Source: Polyangiaceae bacterium
GTDB lineage: Bacteria > Myxococcota_A > Polyangia > Polyangiales > Polyangiaceae
Assembly: GCA_035063585.1 (NCBI GenBank)
Contig: JAPSGB010000010.1
Coordinates: forward strand, 1-64,000
DNA: 64,000 bases
Direction of reading: 5' to 3'
This document shows positions 38,071-47,726 of the stretch, one piece after another. Below the pieces are notes generated by a model. That model was given only the letters and a program-made list of their open reading frames with translations, did not search any database and was not told the origin of the DNA. How positions within the stretch are numbered: position 1 is the first letter of the stretch; every line of letters begins with the position of its first letter. A program made the translations under genes and the position numbers.

Positions 38071-40254
38071 CTATCGCGCCTGCGTCGCCCAGACGTGATA
38101 GACGATGGTCTCGCCGCGGGTCGGGACGAGGCGGAGTCGCATCGACTCGCCCACGCGCGCGGCCGGGATGGTCAAGGCGGGCTCGAGCCAGGTGTCGCCG
38201 GCCGGAAACTCGATGACGCCGGCGCGCCACCCGTCGACCTCGAGCGCGATGGCGCCGGCTTCGGGCGGCGCGATGCGCACCGCCAGCCGCGCCGCGCGAC
38301 CCGGCTCGAAGCCGCGGAGCACGAACTCCTGCGCCACTCCGGGGTTCACGACGCGCCCGGCGTCCCAGAGCGTGCGATCGGGCTGGGTCGGGTGAGCGAG
38401 GAGCTTCATGTCGACGAAGCCCACGTTCCGCGCCGAGAGGCGATAGTCATGCGCCCTCTCGTCGACGATGTCGGCCACGTCGAGCGCGTCCACCACGTGC
38501 TCGCCGGGCGCGAGCGCGAGGGGCTCGCCGCTCAGGTCGAAGGGGCTCCAGTCCGGGCGATAGATGACCTGCGCCGCCCCGCCGCAGATCACGTTCCCGC
38601 GTACCGGGACCTCGCCGACGCGGTTGCCGAACCACAGGACCAAGAGCGGCCACCACGACGGGTAGGTCGCGATCACGTCGGGGCGCTTCGACGGCGGCAT
38701 CCGCTCGATGAGTTCGAGCGCCGCGCCCAGCCCCTGCGGCGTCGCGCGCGCGAACGGCAGCTTCTCGTAGCCGCCGAGCCCGATGAGGTCGAGCGAGGGG
38801 AGATCCGAGGCGTAGAGGATGGCGCCGGCGTCGCTCAAGAGCACCCGCCGCGGCGTTGGGTGCAGCGAGTAGCGGAGCTCCCACCCGGTGCGGATGTGCT
38901 GCTCGAGGATGTTCCGTGAGGCGCGCCCGAAGAACCACAGCTGGTCACGGAAGCGGGGGCGTTGGTGGATGGCGAAGAACGTGAGCGACCCCATCGCGAC
39001 GAGCGCGCCCGCGACGTGGACCGAGCGGCGCCGCTCGGCCCAGCGCCACGCGCCCGCGAGCAACGCGGCGGCGCCGAGCGCCGCTGCGAGGAGCAACCAC
39101 GCGACCGCCGGCATCGTGTAGCGCTCGTTCTGCCAGCGGACCTGGCCGTTCAAGGCAGTGAGCAGCACCCACACGACCGCGCTCGCCCAGAGGAGCGCCG
39201 CGTATCGACGGGTGCGCGCCGGCACCAGCGCGAAGAGTCCGAGCGCCCAGATGAACCAGCCGGTCACCGGCCCGTCCGAGAAGTGATACTGGGTGATCCG
39301 GAGCACCTGATACCCGACGAAGAACTTCCAGGCCTCCCACACCTCACGGGCGCTCAGGTACGGGTGGTAGAGCTCGAGCTTCACCAGCGCGCCGGCCGCG
39401 GTCGAGTCGCCGGTGAGCACGCGGTTGGCGAGCGCGTGGCCGACCACGACGAGCGCGCCGGGGAGGGCCGTCCCGAGGAGCGTCCAGGCCGCCGCCCGCC
39501 GACCTGCTCGGCGCCACATCGCGGCTGCCGCCGAGGAGGAGAGGAGCGCGACGATGAGCGCCGCCTCCGGGCGGGTCGCGACGACCAGCGCCGACCACGC
39601 GCCGAGCAGGAGCGCGCGGGTGCGCGTCGAGGCGCCGGGCTCGCGCGGCTTGATGAGCTCGTCCCACGCGGCCAGCGCGCCGCCCCAGACCCCAAGGAAG
39701 AAGGCCACCTCCATGCCGCTGAAGAGCGACCAGTCGAGCGCACCCACCGAGAGGAGCACGGGCGGAGCGAGGTAGCTCGTCCAGCGAGGCAGCCCGGAGA
39801 AGAGCCGGCGGCTCACGAGCAAGAGCCCGAACACGCTGACGCACGCGACGAGCCCGGCCCACAACATCAGGGTGAGCTCGCGAAAGCCGATCCAGTAACC
39901 GAACGCGAGCACGAACGGATAGAGCAAGCTCGTGCCGCCGCTCGAGTAGCCGTTGCCCTCCGACCACTGAAAGGGGTGACCGCGCGCTATGGAGCGGGCG
40001 AAGTCGAAGTGGATGAAGACGTCATCGAGCGGCGCCGACCAGGGCCCGGGCTGCCCGAGCCGCTCCGCGAAGTTCTTGGCGTCGATGACCGTGTAGAGGG
40101 TCTGCAGTCGAAGCGACGAGTAGAAGAGGCGAGCGACCCAGAGCGTGCATGCCGCCGCGAAGAGCGCGTAGAGCACGGGCTCGAGCCGCGAGCGCGGGCG
40201 GCTGGCCGCGGCGGACCGCGCCGGGAGGTCGCGCTCGGCGTCGCTCGTGCCCAT
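38071..40254 (-). CDS. Multi-pass membrane protein, GT-C glycosyltransferase candidate
   Basis: LDDVFIHFDFARS...G.SSGGTSLLY loop, SGMEV, TRPE, RY..P and DAGAI.Y...LDL.GL motifs. Start at 40254 or 40293. Confidence 0.65.
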   Translation of the reverse strand: MGTSDAERDLPARSAAASRPRSRLEPVLYALFAAACTLWVARLFYSSLRLQTLYTVIDAKNFAERLGQPGPWSAPLDDVFIHFDFARSIARGHPFQWSEGNGYSSGGTSLLYPFVLAFGYWIGFRELTLMLWAGLVACVSVFGLLLVSRRLFSGLPRWTSYLAPPVLLSVGALDWSLFSGMEVAFFLGVWGGALAAWDELIKPREPGASTRTRALLLGAWSALVVATRPEAALIVALLSSSAAAAMWRRAGRRAAAWTLLGTALPGALVVVGHALANRVLTGDSTAAGALVKLELYHPYLSAREVWEAWKFFVGYQVLRITQYHFSDGPVTGWFIWALGLFALVPARTRRYAALLWASAVVWVLLTALNGQVRWQNERYTMPAVAWLLLAAALGAAALLAGAWRWAERRRSVHVAGALVAMGSLTFFAIHQRPRFRDQLWFFGRASRNILEQHIRTGWELRYSLHPTPRRVLLSDAGAILYASDLPSLDLIGLGGYEKLPFARATPQGLGAALELIERMPPSKRPDVIATYPSWWPLLVLWFGNRVGEVPVRGNVICGGAAQVIYRPDWSPFDLSGEPLALAPGEHVVDALDVADIVDERAHDYRLSARNVGFVDMKLLAHPTQPDRTLWDAGRVVNPGVAQEFVLRGFEPGRAARLAVRIAPPEAGAIALEVDGWRAGVIEFPAGDTWLEPALTIPAARVGESMRLRLVPTRGETIVYHVWATQAR

Positions 40255-40434
40255 GAGTGCGGCCGATCTATCACGGCCGGGCGGCTCCACCACGCCGGGT
40301 CCCCGGGAGCCGCGCGCAGCCCGTCGAGAAATCTCGCGGCGCCGCGAGCTCCGGGTCGGAAATGGGCCTTGCCGGGAGGGCGAGTCGGCGCTCTACTACG
40401 CGCCCGCGTCACGCTTGGAGCCCCCATCAAGACA

Positions 40435-41913
40435 ATGCGCTGGTTCGTCGAGGTGTCCCGCGTCGGTGGCGACGACGGCGCACAGAAATTTTGCGTCGAG
40501 GCGAAGCAGTGGCAGGCGGCGCTGCAGGAGGCCCGTAGGCTCCGCGGCGAGAGCGGGCCGCTCTCGAAGTTCTCGATCGAGATGATGGACTCCGGGTATC
40601 GCGCGGTCGATCCGGCGAGCAAGGTCCGCTACGTGGTCAGCAAGGCGCCGGCGGACGCCCCGCTCGCGGGCCCCGACACGAAGGCGACGAGGTCGCCGGA
40701 GAGCGCCCCGCCCACCGAGGTCGCCTCGACGGTCGTAGGCGAGCCCCCCGCCTCCGCCTCGTCGAAGCGCAAGGTCGTCACGGTGCCCCCTGACGAGGTC
40801 CCGCGGGTAAAATCCGTGCCGCCCCCGGCGGACACGACGAAGTCTGCCGAGTCGCACTCGACGCAGCGGAGCATGCAGGCGACGCGCGCGCCCGAGTTCG
40901 AGATCGTGCGCGAGCGGGCAGAAGAGCCGCGCCCGGACACGCCGATCATTTACCGAGAGGTCGCCTACGCGGTTGCGGCGAGCACTAGCCTCGACCAGGC
41001 GCGGCTCCTCTTGTGGACCCGCTTCGAGGAGCTGAAGGCGCAGCTCGCCTCACGGCCGGCCGGGAAGTTCTTCCAACTGGCGGTGTTCGACCACGTCTTT
41101 CGAGAACGGCCAGCGCGTCCGCCGCTCGCGACCCTTGCCTGGAAGGACTGGCGCGGAGAGCCGGTGGTGCGGCTCTTCGACGGCGCCGCGCAGTCCGCGC
41201 CGAAGCCCGAGCAGGCGGAGCCGGCCGCGCCGAAGCCCGAGCGGGCCGAGTCGAAGCCCGAGCCGAAGCCCGAGCAGGCCGCGCAGGCCGCGCCGAAGCC
41301 CGAGCCGGCCGCGCCGAAGCCCAAGCAGGCCGAGAAGGCCGGGGCGCGAAAGCCATCGCCCGATCCCGTCGCCACGCGGCGTCGCGGAGAGGACCTCATC
41401 GGCGAGCTGTTCGAGATCCTGCACGAGCTCCACTTCCTGCCCGACGTGATGTCCGGCGCGGATTTCGTGGTGGGCGTGTTGAAGCAGGCGCTGCCGTGCG
41501 AGGCGCTCATCCTCCACCTGTTCGACATCAACAATAATCAGTTCGTGGTGGTGCGCGCCCTCGCGCCCGCGGCGGACGAGCTCATCCTCGAGCGTACGCC
41601 AGACCGCGAGCCGTTCGTGAACAAGGTCATGCGGAAGATGCGCTCGATGCGCTTCGACTCGGCGAAGAACGAGCCCGGGTTCACCGGTGGTCGCTGGGCG
41701 CGAAGCGGCGTGAAGGTGGAGAGCGCGCTCGCTGCTCCGATCCATCAGACCGGTCGCTATCTCGGTCTGGTCGAGCTGGTGAACCCCGAGGGCGGTGGGC
41801 CGTTCATGGATTCGGAGGCCAACGCGCTCGACTACATCTGCGAGCAGTTCGCGGAATTCCTCGCTGCTCGCCCGATCGTGCTCGACGCCGAGGTAGTGAC
41901 GGCCAAGCGCTGA
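40435..41913 (+). CDS. GAF domain-containing protein
   Basis: C-terminal SALAAPI...GRYLGLVELVN.....F...EANAL; Pro/Lys/Glu repeat linker (AAPKPEQ). The upstream part of the listed ORF is a shadow frame. Confidence 0.75.
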   Translation: MRWFVEVSRVGGDDGAQKFCVEAKQWQAALQEARRLRGESGPLSKFSIEMMDSGYRAVDPASKVRYVVSKAPADAPLAGPDTKATRSPESAPPTEVASTVVGEPPASASSKRKVVTVPPDEVPRVKSVPPPADTTKSAESHSTQRSMQATRAPEFEIVRERAEEPRPDTPIIYREVAYAVAASTSLDQARLLLWTRFEELKAQLASRPAGKFFQLAVFDHVFRERPARPPLATLAWKDWRGEPVVRLFDGAAQSAPKPEQAEPAAPKPERAESKPEPKPEQAAQAAPKPEPAAPKPKQAEKAGARKPSPDPVATRRRGEDLIGELFEILHELHFLPDVMSGADFVVGVLKQALPCEALILHLFDINNNQFVVVRALAPAADELILERTPDREPFVNKVMRKMRSMRFDSAKNEPGFTGGRWARSGVKVESALAAPIHQTGRYLGLVELVNPEGGGPFMDSEANALDYICEQFAEFLAARPIVLDAEVVTAKR

Positions 41914-42000
41914 CGCGCGCGCTATGCTGGGCGGCGTGGCGCGCCGTGGTAAGATCGCAGCTCGGGCCGATTCCGAGGGAGAGGGTCGGTAGGTGCGTTC

Positions 42001-43599
42001 ATGGCGGGCCGAACCGTCCGGGAGCGCTGGCTCACCTTCCTGATCCTGCCGCTCATCGTGCTCGGGGTGCTGGTGCTCGAGAGCGTCACGTTCAGAAATA
42101 GCTTTCAGCTCGAGAAGCTACGCGAGCAATCGGTGGTCGAGGCGACCCTCTTGCTCGCGAACGAGAAGGCGGACCGCCTCGACAAGCGCATCATCGAACA
42201 GGACAACGCGGTGGCCTCGACCATCGACGTCACGGTGCGCCAGGACTTCGGCTCCGACTGGCTCAAGATTGCCGCGCGCCAAACGCCGACCGTGCGAGCG
42301 GTGCTGGTCCTCGATCTGTCATCGCTGGAGAAGACGGTGGTGGCGTTCGCGTCCCGCGCGCCCGGCCCCGAGGACGAGCATTTTCGACGCTTGCTCATAA
42401 ACTCCATGCTCGCGGACATGAAGCTCGACGTCGCGCCGCGCGAGCAGCTCCGGCACCTGCACAAGACCTATCAACGCGCCAACTACCTCATCAGCTACTG
42501 GCAGCGTGACGTGGGCGGCGGTCGCTATCTGGTCGTGGCCTGGCACGACGTGCCTCGGATCGTTCACGACGTGTTCCCGGCGCTGTATTCGGATCGCGAT
42601 CAGCAGAGCCGTGTCAACGTGGTCGACGGCGAGGGCCGAATCGTCTACGGGCCGCCGCTCAGCCGCGGAGGCTTCACGCTCGGTCGCCCGTTTCAGACGA
42701 CCCTCTACAAGTGGCGCCTCAACGTCGCCATGGTCTCGGCCGAGGAGCTCGCGGCCGCGGTGGGTCGCCGACGAATGCTCGAGATGGTGATGGTCGGCCT
42801 GTCTGGGCTGGTCGTCGTCCTCGGGCTGATCGTGGTCCTCGTCGCGGCCGCGCGCGAGCGCAAGCTCTCCAACCTGAAGAGCGATTTCGTCGCCAACGTC
42901 TCGCACGAGCTGAAGACCCCGCTCTCCCTGGTCCGGATGTTCGCCGAGCTCCTGCAGAGCGGCCGGGTCGAGAACGATGAGAAGCGGCAGCAGTATCTCG
43001 ATATCGTGACCCGTGAGAGCGAGCGACTCTCGTCGCTCATCGAGAACGTGCTCGATTTCGCCAAGGTCGAGCGAGGACGCGTAGCGTACGAGTTCTCGGC
43101 GGGGAACCTCGCCGACGTGGTCGCGCGCGCCGTGGAGGTGTGCCGCGTGCGGGCCGAGCGCGAGAAGGTCACCCTCGCGCTCGACGTCGAGGAGTTGCCC
43201 GCCTGCCCGCTCGACGAGCGCGCCATCGAGATCGCGGTCATCAACCTGATCGACAACGCGCTCAAGTACGCGGCGAGCGGCCAGCGGGTCTCGGTGGCCG
43301 TGCAGCGCAAAGCACGCATGGCCGAGGTACGCGTCACCGACCAGGGGCCGGGCATCTCGCCGGAGGATCGGAAGCGGATCTTCGAACGCTTCGTGCGCGG
43401 CACGAGCGCCCAGCGCCAGCAAGTGCGCGGGAGCGGAATTGGGCTCGCGCTGGTGAAGCACATCGCCGAAGCTCACGGAGGACGAGCCTGGGTGGAACCA
43501 GCCGAGCCCAGCGGGAGCGTCTTCGTATTGAGCGTGAGTCTCGGTTCGCCAGCACGCGGCGTGGCGGAGGCGACGCGCGAGGCTCCCTCGCTCGCGTGA
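42001..43599 (+). CDS. Membrane sensor histidine kinase
   Basis: Two TM segments, FVANVSHELKTPL (H-box), NLIDNALKY, DQGPGI and GSGIGL. Confidence 0.95.
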   Translation: MAGRTVRERWLTFLILPLIVLGVLVLESVTFRNSFQLEKLREQSVVEATLLLANEKADRLDKRIIEQDNAVASTIDVTVRQDFGSDWLKIAARQTPTVRAVLVLDLSSLEKTVVAFASRAPGPEDEHFRRLLINSMLADMKLDVAPREQLRHLHKTYQRANYLISYWQRDVGGGRYLVVAWHDVPRIVHDVFPALYSDRDQQSRVNVVDGEGRIVYGPPLSRGGFTLGRPFQTTLYKWRLNVAMVSAEELAAAVGRRRMLEMVMVGLSGLVVVLGLIVVLVAAARERKLSNLKSDFVANVSHELKTPLSLVRMFAELLQSGRVENDEKRQQYLDIVTRESERLSSLIENVLDFAKVERGRVAYEFSAGNLADVVARAVEVCRVRAEREKVTLALDVEELPACPLDERAIEIAVINLIDNALKYAASGQRVSVAVQRKARMAEVRVTDQGPGISPEDRKRIFERFVRGTSAQRQQVRGSGIGLALVKHIAEAHGGRAWVEPAEPSGSVFVLSVSLGSPARGVAEATREAPSLA

Positions 43600-43605
43600 G
43601 GGGAG

Positions 43606-45609
43606 CTATTCGCTCACTTCGCCGTCGTCGGTCGGAGGTTGCTGCTTGAGGAGGTCTTTGTCGGTGAGGAAGACGGGGTTGCCCCCCGTGGCAGGCGCGG
43701 CTGGCGTCGGCGCGGTGGAGGTCGGCTTCGCCTCCGCGGGCACCACCAGCGCCGCGGTCGCGGCTGCGGTCGCCGTCGCGCCCGGGGAGGCCTCGTCGAA
43801 GTTGGGCTCGTCGTCCTCGACCGGCTCCGCCGGGGGCGCCGCGCTCGCCGCCGCCTCGGCGGGGAGCGGCGGCGGCGCCACGATACCGTCGAGGAGCGCG
43901 TCGTAGCCCTCTCTCACCTTCGCGAACGCGTCGCGCTCCGATGGCGGCAGGACGCGCAGGCCGTCTGGGTTCAGCGACATCGGATCGATGTACTTGTCGT
44001 CCTTCTTCGCGAACCAGTGAAGATGCGGCCCGGTGGAGCGCCCGGTGTTGCCGACGTAGCCCACCACGTCCATCCGCTTGACGTGATCGCCCACCTTGAG
44101 CCCTTCGGCGAAGCGCGACATGTGGGCGTAGCCGGTCTCGTAGCCGCCCGGGTGCTCGAGCACCACGAGCAGTCCGGTCGCACCGGTGCCGCTCATGCGA
44201 TCGACCGTTCCGAAGGACGACGCATGAATCGGCGTACCGGACGGCGCCGCGATATCGGTGCCCAGGTGCGGCGTGACCTTCTTCAAGATCGGATGCATTC
44301 GGGTCAGGTTGAAGGGTGAGGAGATGCGCGCGCCCGGCAGCGGGAAGCGCCAGCCGCCCTCGTAGGGGGCCTTGCCCGAGCCGTCGTAGTAGGCCCCGTG
44401 GGTCCCGGCGTCGCGGTAGAAGTAGAGGCGGAGGGGCTTGCCGCTCCCACCCGCGGGCTGGTACTCGAACGCCTCGAGACCGGCGTAGCGAGCGAACTCG
44501 CCGAGCACGGTGACCTCTTGCGCGATGAGCTTGAGCACGTCGCCGCGCTTCATGTCATCGAGCGCCATGTGACCGGCGATGGCCGACGCCACCGTCTGCG
44601 CGAGGCCTTCGTCGAAGCCGGCGCGCTTGGCGGAGCGCTCGAAATCACCGTCGAACACCAGCGCGCCCTTCACCTGAGCGCGCTCCACCTTGAAATCGAG
44701 CTTGGACGCCTTGAGCAGGCCGTCCGCGCCGGCGCGCGCCTGGTACACCTCTTCCTTGCTCACGATGTACTCGAACGCCGTGAGCTTCTTCGAGGAGCGC
44801 TCGACGAGCGCCTGGAAAGAGTCGGTGCGCGCGCACTTGTCGAAGTCGCGGAGGCCCTTGAACGCGGTGAGCACGCGATACGCCTCGGTCTTGTCCAAGC
44901 CCGCCGCTTGCACGACCTTGAGGAAGGGGTCGTGACCGATCTCGCCCTTCAACACCCGATAGGTCGGGTTCGCCGCCTCGTCCGAGATGCGCCATGGCCC
45001 CGGGATCTTCGGTCGAGCGGGTCGGGTCGGCACCGGCTCGGCCTCCGCGACGGGCGCGGTCGCCGAAGGCGCGGGGGCGCGCGCACCGGACGTGGGACGC
45101 TCGAGGTGGCTCAGGTGAATGGCGAGCGCGATCACGGTCGCGACCACTGCGAGCCCGAGCAGGGTACTGAACACCGCGACGAGCGAAGGGGAGAGCGGGG
45201 CCCGAGTCGAATGAATGAGCGGCGCGGCCGGCGGCCGGCCCGCCGCCTTGCCGACCAGATCGAGCTCGAGGTCGAGCGGCCGACGGCGCGCCGGGCGCCG
45301 CGCTCCGATCTCGTCGAGCTCGTCGCCGCGCGGGCTCACCTCGTCGTGGACGCGCGCCTCGGCGGCTCGCGCGAGGAGTCGCGCGCGCACCGGGTGCACC
45401 GGCTCCGCTGCCCCGCGCTCCGCCGTCGCGGCGGGCGGAGGGGTCGCGGTGCCAGCGATTTCTTCTGAGAATTCCGGAGCTTCGCGGAGTGGCTCCGGGT
45501 GCGCCGAGGCGAGCTCGAGCGCTGGCTCGGGCTCCCCGTCGTCGCGCACCGACGGGTCGACGATCCGCCCGACGTGGCGCGGGTCTTCCGAGTCCGGCGT
45601 GGACGCCAC
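43606..45609 (-). CDS. M23 family metallopeptidase (peptidoglycan endopeptidase)
   Basis: RMHPI....PHLGTD (HxxxD), YAHMS and GNTGRSTGPHLH (HxH), one TM anchor. Start uncertain; 45609 is an estimate. Confidence 0.85.
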   Translation of the reverse strand: MASTPDSEDPRHVGRIVDPSVRDDGEPEPALELASAHPEPLREAPEFSEEIAGTATPPPAATAERGAAEPVHPVRARLLARAAEARVHDEVSPRGDELDEIGARRPARRRPLDLELDLVGKAAGRPPAAPLIHSTRAPLSPSLVAVFSTLLGLAVVATVIALAIHLSHLERPTSGARAPAPSATAPVAEAEPVPTRPARPKIPGPWRISDEAANPTYRVLKGEIGHDPFLKVVQAAGLDKTEAYRVLTAFKGLRDFDKCARTDSFQALVERSSKKLTAFEYIVSKEEVYQARAGADGLLKASKLDFKVERAQVKGALVFDGDFERSAKRAGFDEGLAQTVASAIAGHMALDDMKRGDVLKLIAQEVTVLGEFARYAGLEAFEYQPAGGSGKPLRLYFYRDAGTHGAYYDGSGKAPYEGGWRFPLPGARISSPFNLTRMHPILKKVTPHLGTDIAAPSGTPIHASSFGTVDRMSGTGATGLLVVLEHPGGYETGYAHMSRFAEGLKVGDHVKRMDVVGYVGNTGRSTGPHLHWFAKKDDKYIDPMSLNPDGLRVLPPSERDAFAKVREGYDALLDGIVAPPPLPAEAAASAAPPAEPVEDDEPNFDEASPGATATAAATAALVVPAEAKPTSTAPTPAAPATGGNPVFLTDKDLLKQQPPTDDGEVSE

Positions 45610-45768
45610 GCGTGGGCTCGTAGCAGCCGCATCCTCTAGCGGCAAGCGCCGCTGCCCTCCGCCGCGCTGCGAACGCACACCCGCTCGGCGACGGGAGACC
45701 ACCGGGCTCCCAAACGGCGGTCGACTCCATCGCCACCATCCGACAGACTGCTCGGGTCGAGGACGGAC

Positions 45769-46494
45769 ATGGATGACCACGTGAAGCAACTCCTCTTGCT
45801 CGGCCGAGAGCACTACGCAAAACGCGAGCTCGACCAGGCCGAGTATCTCCTCGAGCAGGTAGCGCAGAAGAGCGATCGCTTCGCCGATGTGTTCGACATG
45901 CTGGGCGTCATCGCGCACAGCAAGGGTGATTTCGCTCGGGCGGAGGAGTTCTTCGAGCGTGCGGTGGCGCTGAACCCGAATTACACCGAGGCGCAGCTCA
46001 ACCTGATGGTCACTTACAACGACCTCGGCAAGTACGACGCCGCCCGGAAGATTTACGCCAGCATCCGCTCGCGCGACGGCGGCGAGCGGCTCGATCCGTT
46101 CGCGCGCGGCAAGATCGCCAACATGCACGCAGAGATCAGCCAGGCGTATCAAGACGCGGGGATGCTGGTCGAGGCGATCGACGAGCTCGAGAAGGCGGTC
46201 TCACTCTGTCCGACCTTCGCGGATCTTCGCACTCGGCTCGGCTCGCTCTACCGCGACAGCGGTGACCACGCCCGCGCTCGTGAGCAATTCCTCGCTGCCA
46301 AGGAAGCCAACCCGCGCTACGTGCAGGCGCGCGTCCTCTTGGGCGCGCTGATGCTCGGCGCGGGCGAGAACGCCGCCGCGAGCGACGAGCTCAGGAGCGT
46401 CCTCGAGCTCGATCCGGAAAATAAGAGCGCGCAGATGTACCTGCGGATCGCCAAGCAGAACACCAAGCCGCCCCCGCCTCCCGCGGAGTCGTGA
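45769..46494 (+). CDS. Tetratricopeptide repeat protein
   Basis: Repeated LG......G....A...F..A..LNP.Y patterns; GAGG/GGA SD. Confidence 0.88.
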   Translation: MDDHVKQLLLLGREHYAKRELDQAEYLLEQVAQKSDRFADVFDMLGVIAHSKGDFARAEEFFERAVALNPNYTEAQLNLMVTYNDLGKYDAARKIYASIRSRDGGERLDPFARGKIANMHAEISQAYQDAGMLVEAIDELEKAVSLCPTFADLRTRLGSLYRDSGDHARAREQFLAAKEANPRYVQARVLLGALMLGAGENAAASDELRSVLELDPENKSAQMYLRIAKQNTKPPPPPAES

Positions 46495-46967
46495 CTGCGG
46501 CGGCGCCGGCCGGAGGGAGGCTCGGGCTCCGCGGGCAGCTCCGCCGGCTCTGGCGCCGGCTCCGAGGCGGTGAGCTCACGCCGCGTCGGGCAGCGGCTTC
46601 GGTGGCGGTCGGACTGTTCATCGGCTGCACGCCGCTCTATGGCGCGCACCTCGCGCTCTGCGCGGCGCTCTGCGCGGCCCTGCGCCTCGATTTGGTAGTC
46701 GCCGGGCTGGCCTCGAACGTATCGAACCCGCTCTTCGCCCCGTTCTTGGTCACCGCAGAGATCGAGCTCGGTTCACTCATCGTCGAGGGGCGATTCACGG
46801 AGTTCGACCTCGAGCGTGCGCGGGCGAAGGGCATCGCCGGGTTTGCGCTCGAAGCGGCGGTGGGCTCGCTCGTACTCGGTGGCGCGCTCGCCGGGCTCGG
46901 CGCGGCGTTCGCGTGGTGGCTCGCGAGCGCCCGCAGCCGCGCCGCGCGCCGTGCGCGCGCCGGCTGA
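46491..46967 (+). CDS. DUF2062-like membrane protein
   Basis: TPRRAAASVAVGLFIGCTPLYG and SNP motifs; GTGA overlap with the TPR gene. Confidence 0.75.
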   Translation: MTAAAPAGGRLGLRGQLRRLWRRLRGGELTPRRAAASVAVGLFIGCTPLYGAHLALCAALCAALRLDLVVAGLASNVSNPLFAPFLVTAEIELGSLIVEGRFTEFDLERARAKGIAGFALEAAVGSLVLGGALAGLGAAFAWWLASARSRAARRARAG

Positions 46968-46975
46968 GCGCGCGC

Positions 46976-47725
46976 TCAGGTGAGCCGTGACATGAGCCTC
47001 GCCGGCTCGGTGTCGCCGCTCCAATCCTCGAGGCTACTCGCCTCGGCGCCGAGCGCTCGCGCGAGGTGCTCGAGTGCGCGCTCCGCGGCGGCGCGCGTGG
47101 TGGGCTGCGCCCCGGTGAGCGCCTCGATCGAGGTGACCCCGTGCTGGGTGATACCGCAGGGGACGATGAGCCCGAAGAGGGAGAGATCCACGGTCAGATT
47201 GAACGCGAACCCGTGCATCGTGATCCAGCGGGACAGCCGCACGCCGACCGCGCCCAGCTTGGCCAGCCACCGCGCCTGTCCCGCGCCGGGCCAACACCCC
47301 TTCGACTCGAGATCGACCCACAGCCCGATGAGGTCGGGGACCGACCCGGCGCCCACCCCGAAATCGAGCGCGAGCAGCCGCATGGTCTCGGTGAGGTCGC
47401 GGACGTAGCGGCGCACGTCCCGTCGGTCCGGGGAGAGATCGACGATGGGATAGCAGACGAGCTGGCCGGGGGCGTGGAGGGTCACGTCGCCGCCGCGCCC
47501 GGTCGACACCAGATCGATGCCGCGTCGGGCGAGCTCTCCCTCGGACAGGAGCACGTTCTCGGGGTGGGCGCCGCGACCGAGCGTGATCACCGGCTCGTGC
47601 TCGAGCAAGAGCACGGTGTCGCCGGCGCGCCCAGCGGCGCGGGCCTCCGAGAGTTCACGCTGGAGCGCGTGCACTGGCTCGTAGCGGCGACGCCCGAGCC
47701 ACACTCCGGTGAGGCGACGCGACAC
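46976..47725 (-). CDS. lipB: Lipoyl(octanoyl) transferase
   Basis: LLLEHEPVITLGR, RGGDVTLHAPGQLVCYP, KLGAVG, HGFAFN and IVPCG motifs. Confidence 0.95.
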   Translation of the reverse strand: MSRRLTGVWLGRRRYEPVHALQRELSEARAAGRAGDTVLLLEHEPVITLGRGAHPENVLLSEGELARRGIDLVSTGRGGDVTLHAPGQLVCYPIVDLSPDRRDVRRYVRDLTETMRLLALDFGVGAGSVPDLIGLWVDLESKGCWPGAGQARWLAKLGAVGVRLSRWITMHGFAFNLTVDLSLFGLIVPCGITQHGVTSIEALTGAQPTTRAAAERALEHLARALGAEASSLEDWSGDTEPARLMSRLT

Positions 47726-47726
47726 C

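Noticed and set aside
38962..40434. N-terminal extension of the GAF protein to 983 aa
   Set aside because: Antisense shadow of the GT-C-like gene; plausible protein sequence begins at ATG 40435.
45610..46152. N-terminal extension of the M23 peptidase ORF
   Set aside because: Overlaps the convincing TPR gene on the opposite strand; the true start is downstream but not pinned.
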